From positions 58,828 to 122,827 of the forward strand of contig JBBQUR010000015.1 of assembly GCA_038212275.1 (NCBI GenBank): 64,000 bases of DNA, given 5' to 3'. The notes beneath the pieces are model-generated. The model made no database searches. It saw nothing but the letters and a program-made list of their open reading frames with translations, and was not told the DNA's origin. The first letter of the stretch is position 1; every line of letters begins with the position of its first letter. Shown one piece after another: positions 51,634 to 61,525 of this stretch. Made by a program: the position numbers and the translations under genes. This stretch comes from Planctomycetota bacterium. Lineage in GTDB: Bacteria > Planctomycetota > B15-G4.

Positions 51634-52830
51634 TCAGTGAACTTCCGGGGCGTCGCCGGTGATCCGGTGCACGAAGAACGTCTTGCGGAAGTGCTGCTCG
51701 TCGAACGGACGCGATCCACGCACCGAGTCGAAGAATGCGTCGATCATGCTCAGGTGCTCGGCGTACAACGAGAGCTGATCGCGCAGCAGGTCGGCGTCGG
51801 GCTGCGGGAAGCGCTCGGCCACCCGCAGGCGCAGGAAGCAGGCGCTCGTGTAGGCCTCGTGCTCGAACGGCAGCTTCGCGGAGACCTGCAGCATGTCGGC
51901 CGTGCTGCGCCCGACGAAGTACGCGAACGGCTCGTCGCGGCGCGTGTTCGCGAAGTGCAGCACGGGGATCGCGAGCTTGCTGTCGCGCAGCGTGAACGCC
52001 TCGTACAGGAACGGCCACTTGTCCGCGATCTCGTTCAGGTCGGTCTTGGACTCGAGTGTCGTCTCCATGGAGACGAAGGCGCGGGCCAGCCCCGGTTCGC
52101 GCAGGCTGCACCATCCGACCTGCGCGCCCCAGCTGTGGCCGACGAAGAACAGATCGTCGCTCGTGGTGAGTGAACGCGCGAAGGCGATCACCGCGCGCAG
52201 CGCCGCGTGGTCGTCGGTCACGCCTTCATGCAGCCCGTACGGCATGTCCGCCCGGGGCAGGTGGAAGTTCGCGGAGACGAAGCCCCAGCCGCGCGACGCG
52301 AAGTGCTCGGCCATCGCGACGTTTTCGTCCGAGAGGCCCTGCGAGCCGTGGTGGTAGACGATCATCGGCACGTCGTGCGGCCCGTCGGGACGTGCGCGAC
52401 GGCTCGTGGTCGGAAGGCTCTGCACGGCCTCGAGCACGTCCCGCGCGGTGTGCGGGGAGTCGTCGATCGGCTCGTGCGTCGCCACCTGCTCGGCGAGGTC
52501 GCAGGCGACGAAACTCTCGTCCATGCGCGCGAGCAACTCGGCGTAGACCTGGGCAAGCGGCTCGGGGACCTCGCGTTCGCGGAGCTCGCCATAGGTCAGC
52601 GGCTCGCCGTCCACGGGCCGCGCGAGCGGATACCAGACCTGCACGAAGCGTGGCGCGGGACCGTCGTAGCCGTACTGCGCGTAGCGACCGTCCGCGTCCT
52701 CGACGAGCGCCGTGAAGTAGCCGACGGGCTGCGGGCCTGGCGGGAGCGCGCGCGCGAAGGCGTCCTGCGCGCGGACCGCGGCCGCGAGGACGAGCGTGAG
52801 TGCGAGCAGTGCGGGGCGTATGTCTTGCAA
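51634..52830 (-). CDS. Secreted alpha/beta hydrolase
   Basis: VQVWYP, IVYHHG, GHSWG; TTG start lies inside the element end. Confidence 0.8.
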   Translation of the reverse strand: MQDIRPALLALTLVLAAAVRAQDAFARALPPGPQPVGYFTALVEDADGRYAQYGYDGPAPRFVQVWYPLARPVDGEPLTYGELREREVPEPLAQVYAELLARMDESFVACDLAEQVATHEPIDDSPHTARDVLEAVQSLPTTSRRARPDGPHDVPMIVYHHGSQGLSDENVAMAEHFASRGWGFVSANFHLPRADMPYGLHEGVTDDHAALRAVIAFARSLTTSDDLFFVGHSWGAQVGWCSLREPGLARAFVSMETTLESKTDLNEIADKWPFLYEAFTLRDSKLAIPVLHFANTRRDEPFAYFVGRSTADMLQVSAKLPFEHEAYTSACFLRLRVAERFPQPDADLLRDQLSLYAEHLSMIDAFFDSVRGSRPFDEQHFRKTFFVHRITGDAPEVH

Positions 52831-53210
52831 GCGCCCCCCACCCTACCGCGGCGCCCTCGGCGTGTCCTGCCTTCGGCCATGATGGCCGCTCCGCCCGCAC
52901 CACGGCATCGCCTGCGCGGCCGCCAGCTCCGGGGAGCGCTCCACCATGGCCGCCAGCGCCGAGTCATCATCGCCGGGCGAGAGGCCCCAGCGGCGAGGCA
53001 CGCCGAGCACTCGCACCTGGATCGCCTGCAGGACGTCGGCCATGTCGCCCGAGATCAGCCCCGCGCTCGGTGAAACTCCGGCGGCGCGGCGGTGGCTCCG
53101 CTCCCGGCCTGCGCTGCAAACACCTCGTCCAGCACCAGCGCGTGGACGTGCACGTTGAGATTCAGCGCCCCGCCGATGCGCTGCACGAACACCACTGCGC
53201 CCGAGCGATG
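52813..53210 (-). mobile_element. IS91-family remnant with HUH motif plus type A end
   Basis: GAVVFVQRIGGALNLNVHVHALVLD. Confidence 0.85.
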
Positions 53211-53325
53211 ACCGCCGCGCCGAGGCCGCGATGAAGCGACGCGCTTCGGACTGAAGCCGCCAGGGTATCCTCGGCATGCGCCGACCAGCGGCAGGGAAGA
53301 CTGGCACCGTGGTATCGTCGAGCCC

Positions 53326-53859
53326 ATGGCGATGCAGTTCGGAACGGTGCTCGACCGGATCACGAAGCACATCGAGCAGCAGGGCCAGCGCTGGTTGATG
53401 GCGGGCGGCCTTGCCATGCAGGCTCACGGGTCGTCCCGCACGACGCAGGACCTCGACCTGGTCGTGGACGCTTCGGCGCAGGCTGACTTGCTGGCCTTCA
53501 TGGAATCACTCGGCTACAGGACGCTGCATGCCTCCGCAGGGTTTTCGAACCACCTTCACGCGGACAGCGCGTTCGGCCGAGTCGACTTCATCTATGTCGA
53601 TCGAGAGACCGCGGATCAGATCTTTCCGGGAGCCGCGACTCTCGCATGGGAGGGGCGCAGCCTGCCCGTGACCTCGGCCGAGCATCTCATCGCCATGAAA
53701 GTGCACGCCATGAAGAACGATCCGTCCCGCACGTTCGGGGAGCTGGCCGACATCCAGCACCTGATGCGGCAGCCCGCCGTGGATCGGACGCGCGTGCGAC
53801 GTTACTTCGAGTTCGCCGGGCTGCTGGATCGCTTCGATGAACTGCTCAGACTCCTCTGA
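53326..53859 (+). CDS. Nucleotidyltransferase (MNT/AbiEii-like)
   Basis: AGGLAM.AHG..RTTQDLD, EHLIAMK..A, ADI. Confidence 0.82.
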   Translation: MAMQFGTVLDRITKHIEQQGQRWLMAGGLAMQAHGSSRTTQDLDLVVDASAQADLLAFMESLGYRTLHASAGFSNHLHADSAFGRVDFIYVDRETADQIFPGAATLAWEGRSLPVTSAEHLIAMKVHAMKNDPSRTFGELADIQHLMRQPAVDRTRVRRYFEFAGLLDRFDELLRLL

Positions 53860-54058
53860 TCCACTGCTGCTCGACCTGAGCCGCGGGCTGCCGGTGAGCG
53901 CCGCCGACGTCGAGGCGTTGCGACGACTTCGCTCGCCGGCGATCGCGGACTTCGCTGAATACCTGGCTTGGCTGGAGTCGTTTCCCTCGCCGTCCTGCGA
54001 AGAATTGGCGTCGCGCCGCGGTCCGTGCGGCGAGCCGTTCGTGCTGCGCCGCGACTAG
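53837..54058 (+). CDS. Small partner protein of the nucleotidyltransferase
   Basis: Overlaps the NTase stop; 73 aa. Confidence 0.55.
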   Translation: MNCSDSSDPLLLDLSRGLPVSAADVEALRRLRSPAIADFAEYLAWLESFPSPSCEELASRRGPCGEPFVLRRD

Positions 54059-54194
54059 CGCCGCGCGGCAGCCCGCGTCGCGGATGGCACTGGTGGTGGC
54101 GGCAGCGATCTCCTCCGCGCCTCGCACCTGCCGAACGCCCGACCACCCCGCCGGCGCGCGCGCTGGAAGTCGGAGCGGCTTGAGGAACTGTGCC

Positions 54195-54420
54195 TGGACT
54201 GCGCCGTCGCTGACGGCTTCACGCTGCATGCCGGCGTGTCCCTGGCCGGCGGCGATCGCGACTGCGTGGAACGCCTGTGCCGCTGCATGGCGCGTCCTGC
54301 GATTGCGAGCGAACGGCCGGCCGCCCCGCTACGCTCGCAGTGCAGCACGTCCAGCGCGACACGTCATCCTGTGGAGGCTGCGCTCCATTCTCGGGACAGA
54401 CACCCGGCGATGTCAGGACC
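54195..54420 (+). mobile_element. IS91-family transposase core remnant
   Basis: DGFTLHAGV....DR..VERLCRCMARPAIASER; 54363-54400 repeated at 58828-58867. Confidence 0.75.
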
Positions 54421-54470
54421 GCTGCCACCACCGCAGCCTGGCGCTCAGCCATCGTGCCCAGACGGCGAGT

Positions 54471-55973
54471 TCAGCGCAGCGGCCGCCGCAGATCGAAGAT
54501 GTGGATGGGCCCACAGCAATCGCTTGGCACGACGTCACACGCATAGGCCTCGCCCAGCAGCCGGAGCAGCCGCTCGTGGTCGTGCGGCGCGAACATGCGT
54601 TCGGGAATCACGATCGCCGCCCCGGGCCCGAGCGAGTCGGGCAAGCCGTGCTCGGGGATCAGACTGTCGGAGAGGGCGAAGATGACCCTGCGACGGGCGT
54701 ACCACATGAGCGGGTTGGACTCGAGCTCGCACGTGCCGACGATGTCGCCCGGCCGGGTGTGCTGCTCGATCACGATGCCGAGCGTGTGGAAGTAGTCGTC
54801 GCGGATCGACTCGAAGCGCTCGCGCGTCGCCAGGGCGCCGGGCGCTGCCGCGGCGGCCGCCAGCGCGACCAGCGCCGTCGCCTTCAGCGCGCCCGGCCGC
54901 AGCCGCGCGAGCAGGCCCGCCGCACCCGCGCCAGCCAGCACGAACACCGCGGGCGACAGCGTGCCGATCCAGAACTCGTGGCGCACCACGCCCTCCACGA
55001 AGACAAGGAAGTCGCAGGCCGCGAAGAGCAGCATCAGGATCGGCAGGGACGGATGGCGCGCCGTGCGCAGGCGCAGCAGGCCGACAGCCGCGAGAGCCAG
55101 CACCGGCACGGTGAAGAGAACGACCGCGTTCTGCGCGGGCTTGGCCAGCAGCTCCGCCACGGAGAGGCCGCTCGACTGGCTGAGTCCCGGCAGCCCGCCC
55201 CACGACCGGGACCAGAAGATCCCGAGCATGCTCGCGTTCTCTCCGATCGACGCGCCGGACGACACGCTTTTCGCAGCGAGCACGAGCGCCCCGTAGAGCG
55301 CGAGCGAGACAAGCAGCGCGCCGCCGATCGACGCGGCCCGCGCGCCCCGGCCGAGCCAGAGCTGGTGGCCGGCGAGGACTGCCATGAGCAGGTAGCCCTG
55401 CCAGTCCGTCGCTGCCGCGAGCATCAGCGCGAGAAGCGCGACGCACCAGCCGCCGCGCGTCGGCCGATCCAGCTGCCGCACGTAGAGCAGCAGCGAGAGC
55501 GAGACGAAGAACAGCAGCAGCGAGCCGTTCTCGCAGGCCTGCGATCCGTAGAAGGCTGTCATCGGGACGGCAGCGGCGAAAGCGGCCGCCGCGAGCGCCG
55601 CGCCGGCGCCGAAGAGCCGCCGCGTGAGCGCCCAGAGCGCCAGCAGCGCGCCGAGCGAGGCCGTCACCATGGCCAGCCGCCCGCTCCACTCGTGCACGCC
55701 GAAGGCGAGGTAGGCGAAGGACAGCACGAGGTTCACGAGCGGCGGATGATTCAAGTAGATCATCCAGCGGCCGTCGGCCGGCGGCACCGGGTCGGCGGCC
55801 GGCGCAAAGTGCGTCGTCGCGTAGCCAGCCTCGGCGTAGTTGCGCCCCATGATGCCGAGGCGCGCGCTCAGGTGCTGCCAGCCGTTGCCGGTGAAGGGCT
55901 CGTTGAAATCGCCGAGGCGCAGCCAGAGCGCGAGGGCCAGCACTGCGAGCAGCGCGACGACTTCGGACGCCAA
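54471..55973 (-). CDS. ArnT/PMT-like (GT-C) membrane glycosyltransferase
   Basis: YLNHPPL, FGVHEWSGRL, many TM helices; start uncertain (55973 or 56105). Confidence 0.8.
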   Translation of the reverse strand: MASEVVALLAVLALALWLRLGDFNEPFTGNGWQHLSARLGIMGRNYAEAGYATTHFAPAADPVPPADGRWMIYLNHPPLVNLVLSFAYLAFGVHEWSGRLAMVTASLGALLALWALTRRLFGAGAALAAAAFAAAVPMTAFYGSQACENGSLLLFFVSLSLLLYVRQLDRPTRGGWCVALLALMLAAATDWQGYLLMAVLAGHQLWLGRGARAASIGGALLVSLALYGALVLAAKSVSSGASIGENASMLGIFWSRSWGGLPGLSQSSGLSVAELLAKPAQNAVVLFTVPVLALAAVGLLRLRTARHPSLPILMLLFAACDFLVFVEGVVRHEFWIGTLSPAVFVLAGAGAAGLLARLRPGALKATALVALAAAAAAPGALATRERFESIRDDYFHTLGIVIEQHTRPGDIVGTCELESNPLMWYARRRVIFALSDSLIPEHGLPDSLGPGAAIVIPERMFAPHDHERLLRLLGEAYACDVVPSDCCGPIHIFDLRRPLR

Positions 55974-56006
55974 GTGGCTGGTCGGCTCAGCGGGTCGCTG
56001 CGTGCG

Positions 56007-56066
56007 CCCTGTCGGCGCCCTGTCGGCGCCCTGTCGCGCCCTGTCGCGCCCTGTCGCGCCCTGTCG
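56007..56066. repeat. 10-11-bp tandem repeat (gccctgtcgc / gccctgtcggc) x5
   Basis: Visible directly in the sequence. Confidence 0.85.
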
Positions 56067-56184
56067 ATCGAACTGGCCATGGCCGCTTTCCCCCGACGCG
56101 GTCATGCATCGGAAACGAGGGCACAGGATAACGTGTGCGGCATCATGAAACTCCTTCGCGTTCGCTGATGCCGAGCGTGTGACA

Positions 56185-56530
56185 TTGTCGGGCGTGCGGG
56201 GACTCCTTCGCTTTTCCAAGTGCAGAGCATGGAGCAGAGCACCGCCTCCTGAGCCCGGGCAGATCCAGGGAAAGAGGCCGTGATGAAGAGCAGCAAGCAG
56301 AGCAGGCGCGACTCGGGCGAAGCCGGGCCGTTTCGGCCAGGCCGCGCCCTCGCCGCTGCTCTCCGTCGCATACGCCTCGTCGAGCACCAGCGCATGAAAG
56401 TGCACGTTGAGATTCAGCGCCCCGCCGATGCGCTGCACGAACACCACTGCGCCCGGCTCGCGGTCGAACGCCACCGCGAAGCGCAGCGCGAAGGGCTGCG
56501 TCAGCACCCACTGCCGCACCGGCACCGATG
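56185..56530 (-). mobile_element. IS91-family remnant plus type B end
   Basis: PVRQWVL..PFALR...QRIGGALNLNVHFHALVLD, then a repeat matching 31270-31430. Confidence 0.85.
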
Positions 56531-56809
56531 GAAGTACCCGGTTTCATCGTGAGCGTTGAGCAGGCACGACGTCGTCAACGGCTGCGTCCGGGGCCGGTCG
56601 CTCGACAGCAGCGAGCCGGTGCGCTGCGCTGGAGCTGAGCGCCGGAGCGCGGGCTCTCCTGTTCTTCGGGACGCTACACTCACGCGCATGCTCCAGCACG
56701 TGACGGCCTGCGCCTTCCTCCTGCTCGTCCTCGCGCTGCCCGCGTTCGCCTTCGTCGGCGCAATGCGCGGCCCGGAGAGCCGGCACCCGCCCCGAGTGAG
56801 CGGCGCGAG

Positions 56810-57973
56810 ATGACGAGCTCCCGCGGCGGCCCGCGCAGTCACGCCGAATACCTGGGCCGCACCTACCTGCCCGAGCTGGACGGGCTGCGCGCGATCAGCG
56901 TCCTGCTCGTCATCAGCTGCCACATGCGCGACCGCTGGCTCTGGGAATGGCTGGGTGGCTGGCAGGGCGTGAGCATCTTCTTCGTGTTGAGCGGCTACCT
57001 CATCACGATGCTCGGGCTGCGCGAGGAGTCGCGCCACGGCCGCGTGTCGCTGAAGGCCTTCTACATCCGCCGCGTGTGCCGCATCCTGCCGCTCTATTGG
57101 ATCGCGCTGGGCACGCACGCCGCGCTGATATGGGGCGCGGGCTGGGCGCGGCCGTTGCGGCAGAACTTCACGGACGCCTTCCTGTCCTACGTCTTCTACT
57201 ACCCCGAGATCGCGCTGGCCTTCCAGTCGATCGCGCAGGGCAAGGGCAGCCCCTTTTCGCACGCGTGGACGCTGGGCATCGAGGAGAAGTACTACCTGCT
57301 CTGGCCCGCGCTCGCCTTCCTGCTGCTGGCGCAGCGCTCGCGCGGACGCGTCCTGGCGGCCGCCATGCTGCTGACGGTGCTGCTGCCGCTCGCCGGCTGG
57401 AGCGCGTGGGCCAGCCCGGCGCTCGCGGCGTGGAAGCTGGACATCTGGGTCTTCCCGTACGGCCAGATCCTGCTTGGCTGCCTGGTGGCGCTGCTGCTCG
57501 AGAGCGCGCGCGGCTGGAGGGTGCTGGACTTCCTGGGTACACGGGCGGCCACCGTGGCGACGCTGCTGGCGCTCGTCGCGCTGCAACTGGCGAGCTGGCC
57601 GCTCGCGGAGCAGTCGCCGGGCCAGTGGCCGACGCAGCAGGTCTGGTACTCGATCGCGGTGGCGGCCTTTCTCACGAGCCTGCTCGTCGGTGAGGGTCTG
57701 GTGCAGCGCGTGCTGCGCGTGCGCTGGCTCGTCGCGGTCGGCAAGCTGTCCTACGGCATGTACCTGTTCCAGGGCATCGCGATCTACGTGGCGCAGAAGG
57801 TGATCCCGCCCCGCTCCGAAGAGCTGCCCATCGCGCTGGCGACCTTCGTGGTGGCGAGTCTCCTCTCGATCGCGCTGGCGTGGGTGCTCGCGGTGATCGT
57901 CGAGCGTCCGCTCATCCGGCGCGGCCGCGACTGGGCGCGGCGCGTCGCGACAGCCTCACGCGTGGGAGCCTGA
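56810..57973 (+). CDS. Acyltransferase family 3 (OafA-like)
   Basis: LDGLRA, FFVLSGYLIT, FYIRR, HAWTLGIEEKYY, SYGMYL. Confidence 0.92.
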   Translation: MTSSRGGPRSHAEYLGRTYLPELDGLRAISVLLVISCHMRDRWLWEWLGGWQGVSIFFVLSGYLITMLGLREESRHGRVSLKAFYIRRVCRILPLYWIALGTHAALIWGAGWARPLRQNFTDAFLSYVFYYPEIALAFQSIAQGKGSPFSHAWTLGIEEKYYLLWPALAFLLLAQRSRGRVLAAAMLLTVLLPLAGWSAWASPALAAWKLDIWVFPYGQILLGCLVALLLESARGWRVLDFLGTRAATVATLLALVALQLASWPLAEQSPGQWPTQQVWYSIAVAAFLTSLLVGEGLVQRVLRVRWLVAVGKLSYGMYLFQGIAIYVAQKVIPPRSEELPIALATFVVASLLSIALAWVLAVIVERPLIRRGRDWARRVATASRVGA

Positions 57974-58011
57974 GCGCGCGCGTCAGCCGTCGATGTCGCT
58001 GGAACACACCG

Positions 58012-58270
58012 TCAGCGACTGCGCATGAGCTCGGGCAAATGCCCGGGCCGGGGCGAGTCGGGCCCCTCGCGAAACAGGTCGAGGTAGTCGGCCAGGGGGC
58101 CCATGCCCATCTGTGCCCGTCGCTCGTCGATGTGCTCGATGTCCTCGCAGGGCATCAGCACGCTGCCGAAGCGCTCGGAGCGTCCGATCTGCGAGCCGTA
58201 GCGCTGCCGGTAGCCCAGGTTCAGGCGGTAGCGATCGAAGAGCAGCGCGTAGGCCTGTGGCCGGAGACGC
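58012..58270 (-). pseudogene. DUF6624-like C-terminal fragment
   Basis: YALLFDR......QRYGSQ....EDIEHIDERRAQMGMAPLADY. Confidence 0.6.
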
Positions 58271-58330
58271 GCGAGACCGACGCCGGCGCGCAGGGATCGC
58301 GCGCCCCCAGTATGCCCCGCCGTCCTCTCA

Positions 58331-58600
58331 GGGGGCCCAGGTCATCCAAGCGCCCCCACCCTGTCGCTGCGCTCGCAGTGCAGCGCGTCCAGCGCGAAGA
58401 CGCGCTTCATCAGCTCGGCCCACGGGTCGCGGCGCGCGTGCGGGGCGGCGCAGTGGCCACCGCGACCATCCCGCCTCGCGCGCAACGGCCGCCCCGAGCG
58501 CGCCGACTTCCCCGCCCGCGGCACGATCGCCGCCCGCAGCGACGACGCCGGCGCCAGCAGGCCGTGATACGTCAGCAGATGCGCGCGCGGCGACGGCACC
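58331..58600 (-). mobile_element. IS91-family remnant plus type A end
   Basis: HLLTYHGLLAP.S.LRAAIVP...WAELMKRVFALDALHC. Confidence 0.85.
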
Positions 58601-58603
58601 GAG

Positions 58604-58828
58604 CCGAAATGCCTGCTTCGTGATCGCGACAGCATCTACGGTGAGTGCTTCCGCCACGAGATCCGCGCGATGGGACTGCGAGCGCCGCTCAGCGGTCATC
58701 GTTCGCCCTGGCAGACCCCCTTCGTCGAGCGCGTGATCGGTACGCTCCGCCGCGAGCTCACGGACCACGTCATCGTCACGGGCGAGCGACACTCGCTCTC
58801 CCTGCTCCGCGACTTCCAGCGCGAATTG
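58604..58828 (+). pseudogene. rve integrase-core (DDE) transposase fragment
   Basis: LLRDRDSIYG..F...SPWQTPFVERVIGTLRRELTDHVIV.GERH. Confidence 0.75.
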
Positions 58829-58925
58829 TCATGCTGTGGAGGCTGCGCTCCACTCCCGGGACAGACTGGTGGTCCGCTCCATGCTCCGCACCCGGAAAAG
58901 CGAAGCCGTTTCCTTGCGCCCTGCA
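58828..58925 (+). mobile_element. Type B end remnant
   Basis: ctccatgctccgcacccggaaaagcgaagccgtttccttgcgccc. Confidence 0.65.
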
Positions 58926-58971
58926 TTGTTGCAGTGCGCGGAGCGCATCGGCGCGCGCGGACTGAGAGCCG

Positions 58972-60153
58972 CTACGGGAGATTCCGCGGATCGAAGCCCG
59001 GGTTCGTCTCGAGCATCAATCCATCCGCGGCCGCCGCCTGGACGACGCTGTCCCACGGGACCAGCTTGAAGTTCTGCTTGCCGCCCTTGTTGGAGTTGTC
59101 CTGCGCGGCGAACACGCCGGCCGGATACAGCCCGCCGAGACTCGTCGCCAGCACGTCGATACCGTCCGTGCCTTTCACGCCATCGATCGCAGCGTCGGTG
59201 ATGCGGAAGCGCCCGAGCAGCTCGTACGGCGTCCCGTTGTCGTTCTCGTCGAAGCGCTCGATGACGGCAAACGTGCTGACCCTCTGCTCGCTTGCCAGCA
59301 GGTATCCGTGATCGGCATCGGCGCCATAGAAAATGCCCAGACCCTCGATGTCGTTGAGGTACAGGTTGCCGGCGGCGACGGCGATGCGATCGCCGGGCGT
59401 GGCCGGCGCCGCTGCGTGCGCGTCGTAGGCCCACAGGCCCTTGTCCTCCTCGGCGATGAACAGCGTCCCTCGCTGATCGTCGAGCGCCATGCCTTCGCAG
59501 ATCTTGCCCACATCGAAGTAGCGCACGAGCGTGCCGGTGATGGCCGTGCCGCCGTCGGTCAGCTCGTACTGCCTCACGCGGCCGTCGGACTTGTTGGTCA
59601 CGAACGCGTGGAAGGCGTCGTTCGACTGGTCGTACCAGAGGGCGAGGCCGTACGGATCCTTGAAGGCCTTGTCGGTCTCCTGACCGGGCAGCGAGACGAC
59701 GGTCGCGAGGCTCACGTCGTTCAGGTGCACGAGAGCGGGCTGCGCGCCCGTGTCGTCGAGCCTGAAGAAGCTCAGGCACTTGCTGCTGCGGTTGGTCGCG
59801 ACCACCAGGTCGATGGACTCACCACCCAGCGGGAAGCCGTAGCGCAGATCGACGTTGTTGGCCTTGAAACCCGTGGCTGCGGCGACCTGCTGACCCTGCA
59901 GGTCGTAGACGTACAGCCCTCCGTTCTTTCCCGAATTCTTCTTGTTGGTGCCGATGATCAGGCTCGCGGTCGGATCGACGGGATCCAGCCAGATGGCCAT
60001 GTCGTCGGCCGCGTCGCCGCCCGCCGGCACCGGCGTCGTTTCCGCCGTGGCCGCGACCGGGATCGCGGTCACCTTGCTCCCGCCGGCGAAGGTGACCGGT
60101 ACGGCCATGAGGCCGGCGGCGAGGCCGAGCAGGAGCGTGGAGCGTCGTGTCAT
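58972..60153 (-). CDS. Beta-propeller phytase
   Basis: DAADDMAIW, GGLYVYDLQG, NNVDLR, DIEGL, QNFKLVPW; signal peptide. Confidence 0.92.
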   Translation of the reverse strand: MTRRSTLLLGLAAGLMAVPVTFAGGSKVTAIPVAATAETTPVPAGGDAADDMAIWLDPVDPTASLIIGTNKKNSGKNGGLYVYDLQGQQVAAATGFKANNVDLRYGFPLGGESIDLVVATNRSSKCLSFFRLDDTGAQPALVHLNDVSLATVVSLPGQETDKAFKDPYGLALWYDQSNDAFHAFVTNKSDGRVRQYELTDGGTAITGTLVRYFDVGKICEGMALDDQRGTLFIAEEDKGLWAYDAHAAAPATPGDRIAVAAGNLYLNDIEGLGIFYGADADHGYLLASEQRVSTFAVIERFDENDNGTPYELLGRFRITDAAIDGVKGTDGIDVLATSLGGLYPAGVFAAQDNSNKGGKQNFKLVPWDSVVQAAAADGLMLETNPGFDPRNLP

Positions 60154-60473
60154 GGGATGTCCCTCGGAAGAAACTCGCGTGACGGGATGCCGGCGGATGC
60201 CAAGACCATAACGCACCGTTCTCTGCCGGTCTCGCGTGCGGGCCGCCTGCTTGTCCAGCGCGTAGACCCACTGCGTGAGCCCAGCGGACGGCTCGCTGAT
60301 GATCGCCGGCTTGTGGCCGTCGGGCCTGGCAGCGGGCATGCATCTCGCGCTGCAGTTCTGGATTCCGGACCCTGCGGGCGTACACCATTTTGCTGCCAGC
60401 ACGGGTGTGCTGCTCGGACTCTGAGGCCCGGAGCCTGAGGCTGGCGTGACGGGTCTGCGGGAGGCGCATCGAG

Positions 60474-60983
60474 ATGACGGTCACTATCCGCCGCGTCGAG
60501 CCGGACGACTTCGAGGTCGTGCGGCAGATCTACTCGGGGCCGCGCGCGGTGTGGGGCACGCTGCAGCTTCCATTCCCGCCGATCGAAGCGTGGCGCAAGC
60601 GCCTCGCCGAGTCGGCGAACGAGAACGTCGGGCTGCTGGCATGCACCGACGGCGACGCCGTAGGCCACATCAATCTGCACACCTTTCCTTCCACGTCGCG
60701 CCGCCGCCACGTCGGTCAGATCGCGATGGCGGTGCGCGACGGCTGGCAGGGAAAGGGCGTGGGCACCGCACTGCTGCAGGCCGCGCTCGACATCGCCGAC
60801 CGCTGGCTGAACCTGTCGCGGCTCGAGCTCGAGGTCTACGTGGACAACGAGTCCGCGTTGCGCCTCTATCGGAAGTGCGGATTCGAGCTCGAGGGCACCC
60901 TCCGCCGCTACGCCTTCCGTGACGGCGAGTTCGCGGACGTCCACGCCATGGCTCGGCTCCGGCCGCCAGCAGCTGGCTCCTGA
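60474..60983 (+). CDS. GNAT acetyltransferase (YhhY-like)
   Basis: GTLQLPFP, WQGKGVG, LEVYVDNE.A..LY. Confidence 0.9.
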   Translation: MTVTIRRVEPDDFEVVRQIYSGPRAVWGTLQLPFPPIEAWRKRLAESANENVGLLACTDGDAVGHINLHTFPSTSRRRHVGQIAMAVRDGWQGKGVGTALLQAALDIADRWLNLSRLELEVYVDNESALRLYRKCGFELEGTLRRYAFRDGEFADVHAMARLRPPAAGS

Positions 60984-61043
60984 GAGACAGACTTGTCACG
61001 AGCCGGTTGATGGCGACGATCGGCCGGCGCCCGGGCTCCGCGG

Positions 61044-61412
61044 TCAGCTTCCCCACCAGGGCCAGCGTGCGCCTGCGACGGCATTGCCCAGGAGCACGGC
61101 CGCGACGAGACCCACGACCACGTCCCTGCGTCCGGCCGCGACGCGCAGTCGCCACGCGAGCAGCGCGCTCCACGGCAAGGCCCACGCCAGGGTGTAGGCG
61201 AAGTAAAGATGCCAGTTGTCGATCATCGTCGCCTGTCGATGGCCCGTGATGGACTTGGCCGTCTCCTCGAACACCTGCTGCACCACGCTGCCACCGAGAA
61301 GCACCCACACCTGGAAGGGCAGGCCTATCAGCACATCGTCCATGCCGAAGGTCGTGGGCGTCGCGCCGGAGAGGAGCAGCGCATCCTGGACCAGGATGGC
61401 GGGCGCCGACAT
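61044..61412 (-). CDS. Small membrane protein
   Basis: Hydrophobic ORF. Confidence 0.45.
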   Translation of the reverse strand: MSAPAILVQDALLLSGATPTTFGMDDVLIGLPFQVWVLLGGSVVQQVFEETAKSITGHRQATMIDNWHLYFAYTLAWALPWSALLAWRLRVAAGRRDVVVGLVAAVLLGNAVAGARWPWWGS

Positions 61413-61525
61413 CCCTGCCCGGCCGTACTGAGCGGCGCGCGGCCGGCGGCTCGCGAGGCGCTCTGCGAGGCGACAACTTCCGGGCTTTCTCTTATCGTGA
61501 TCCGCTCCCCGTGGAGCCCGGCGTG

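Noticed and set aside
54471..56525. Genuine transposase-glycosyltransferase fusion protein
   Set aside because: The transposase part is a small deleted fragment followed by non-coding end DNA; an open frame is plausible by chance at this GC.
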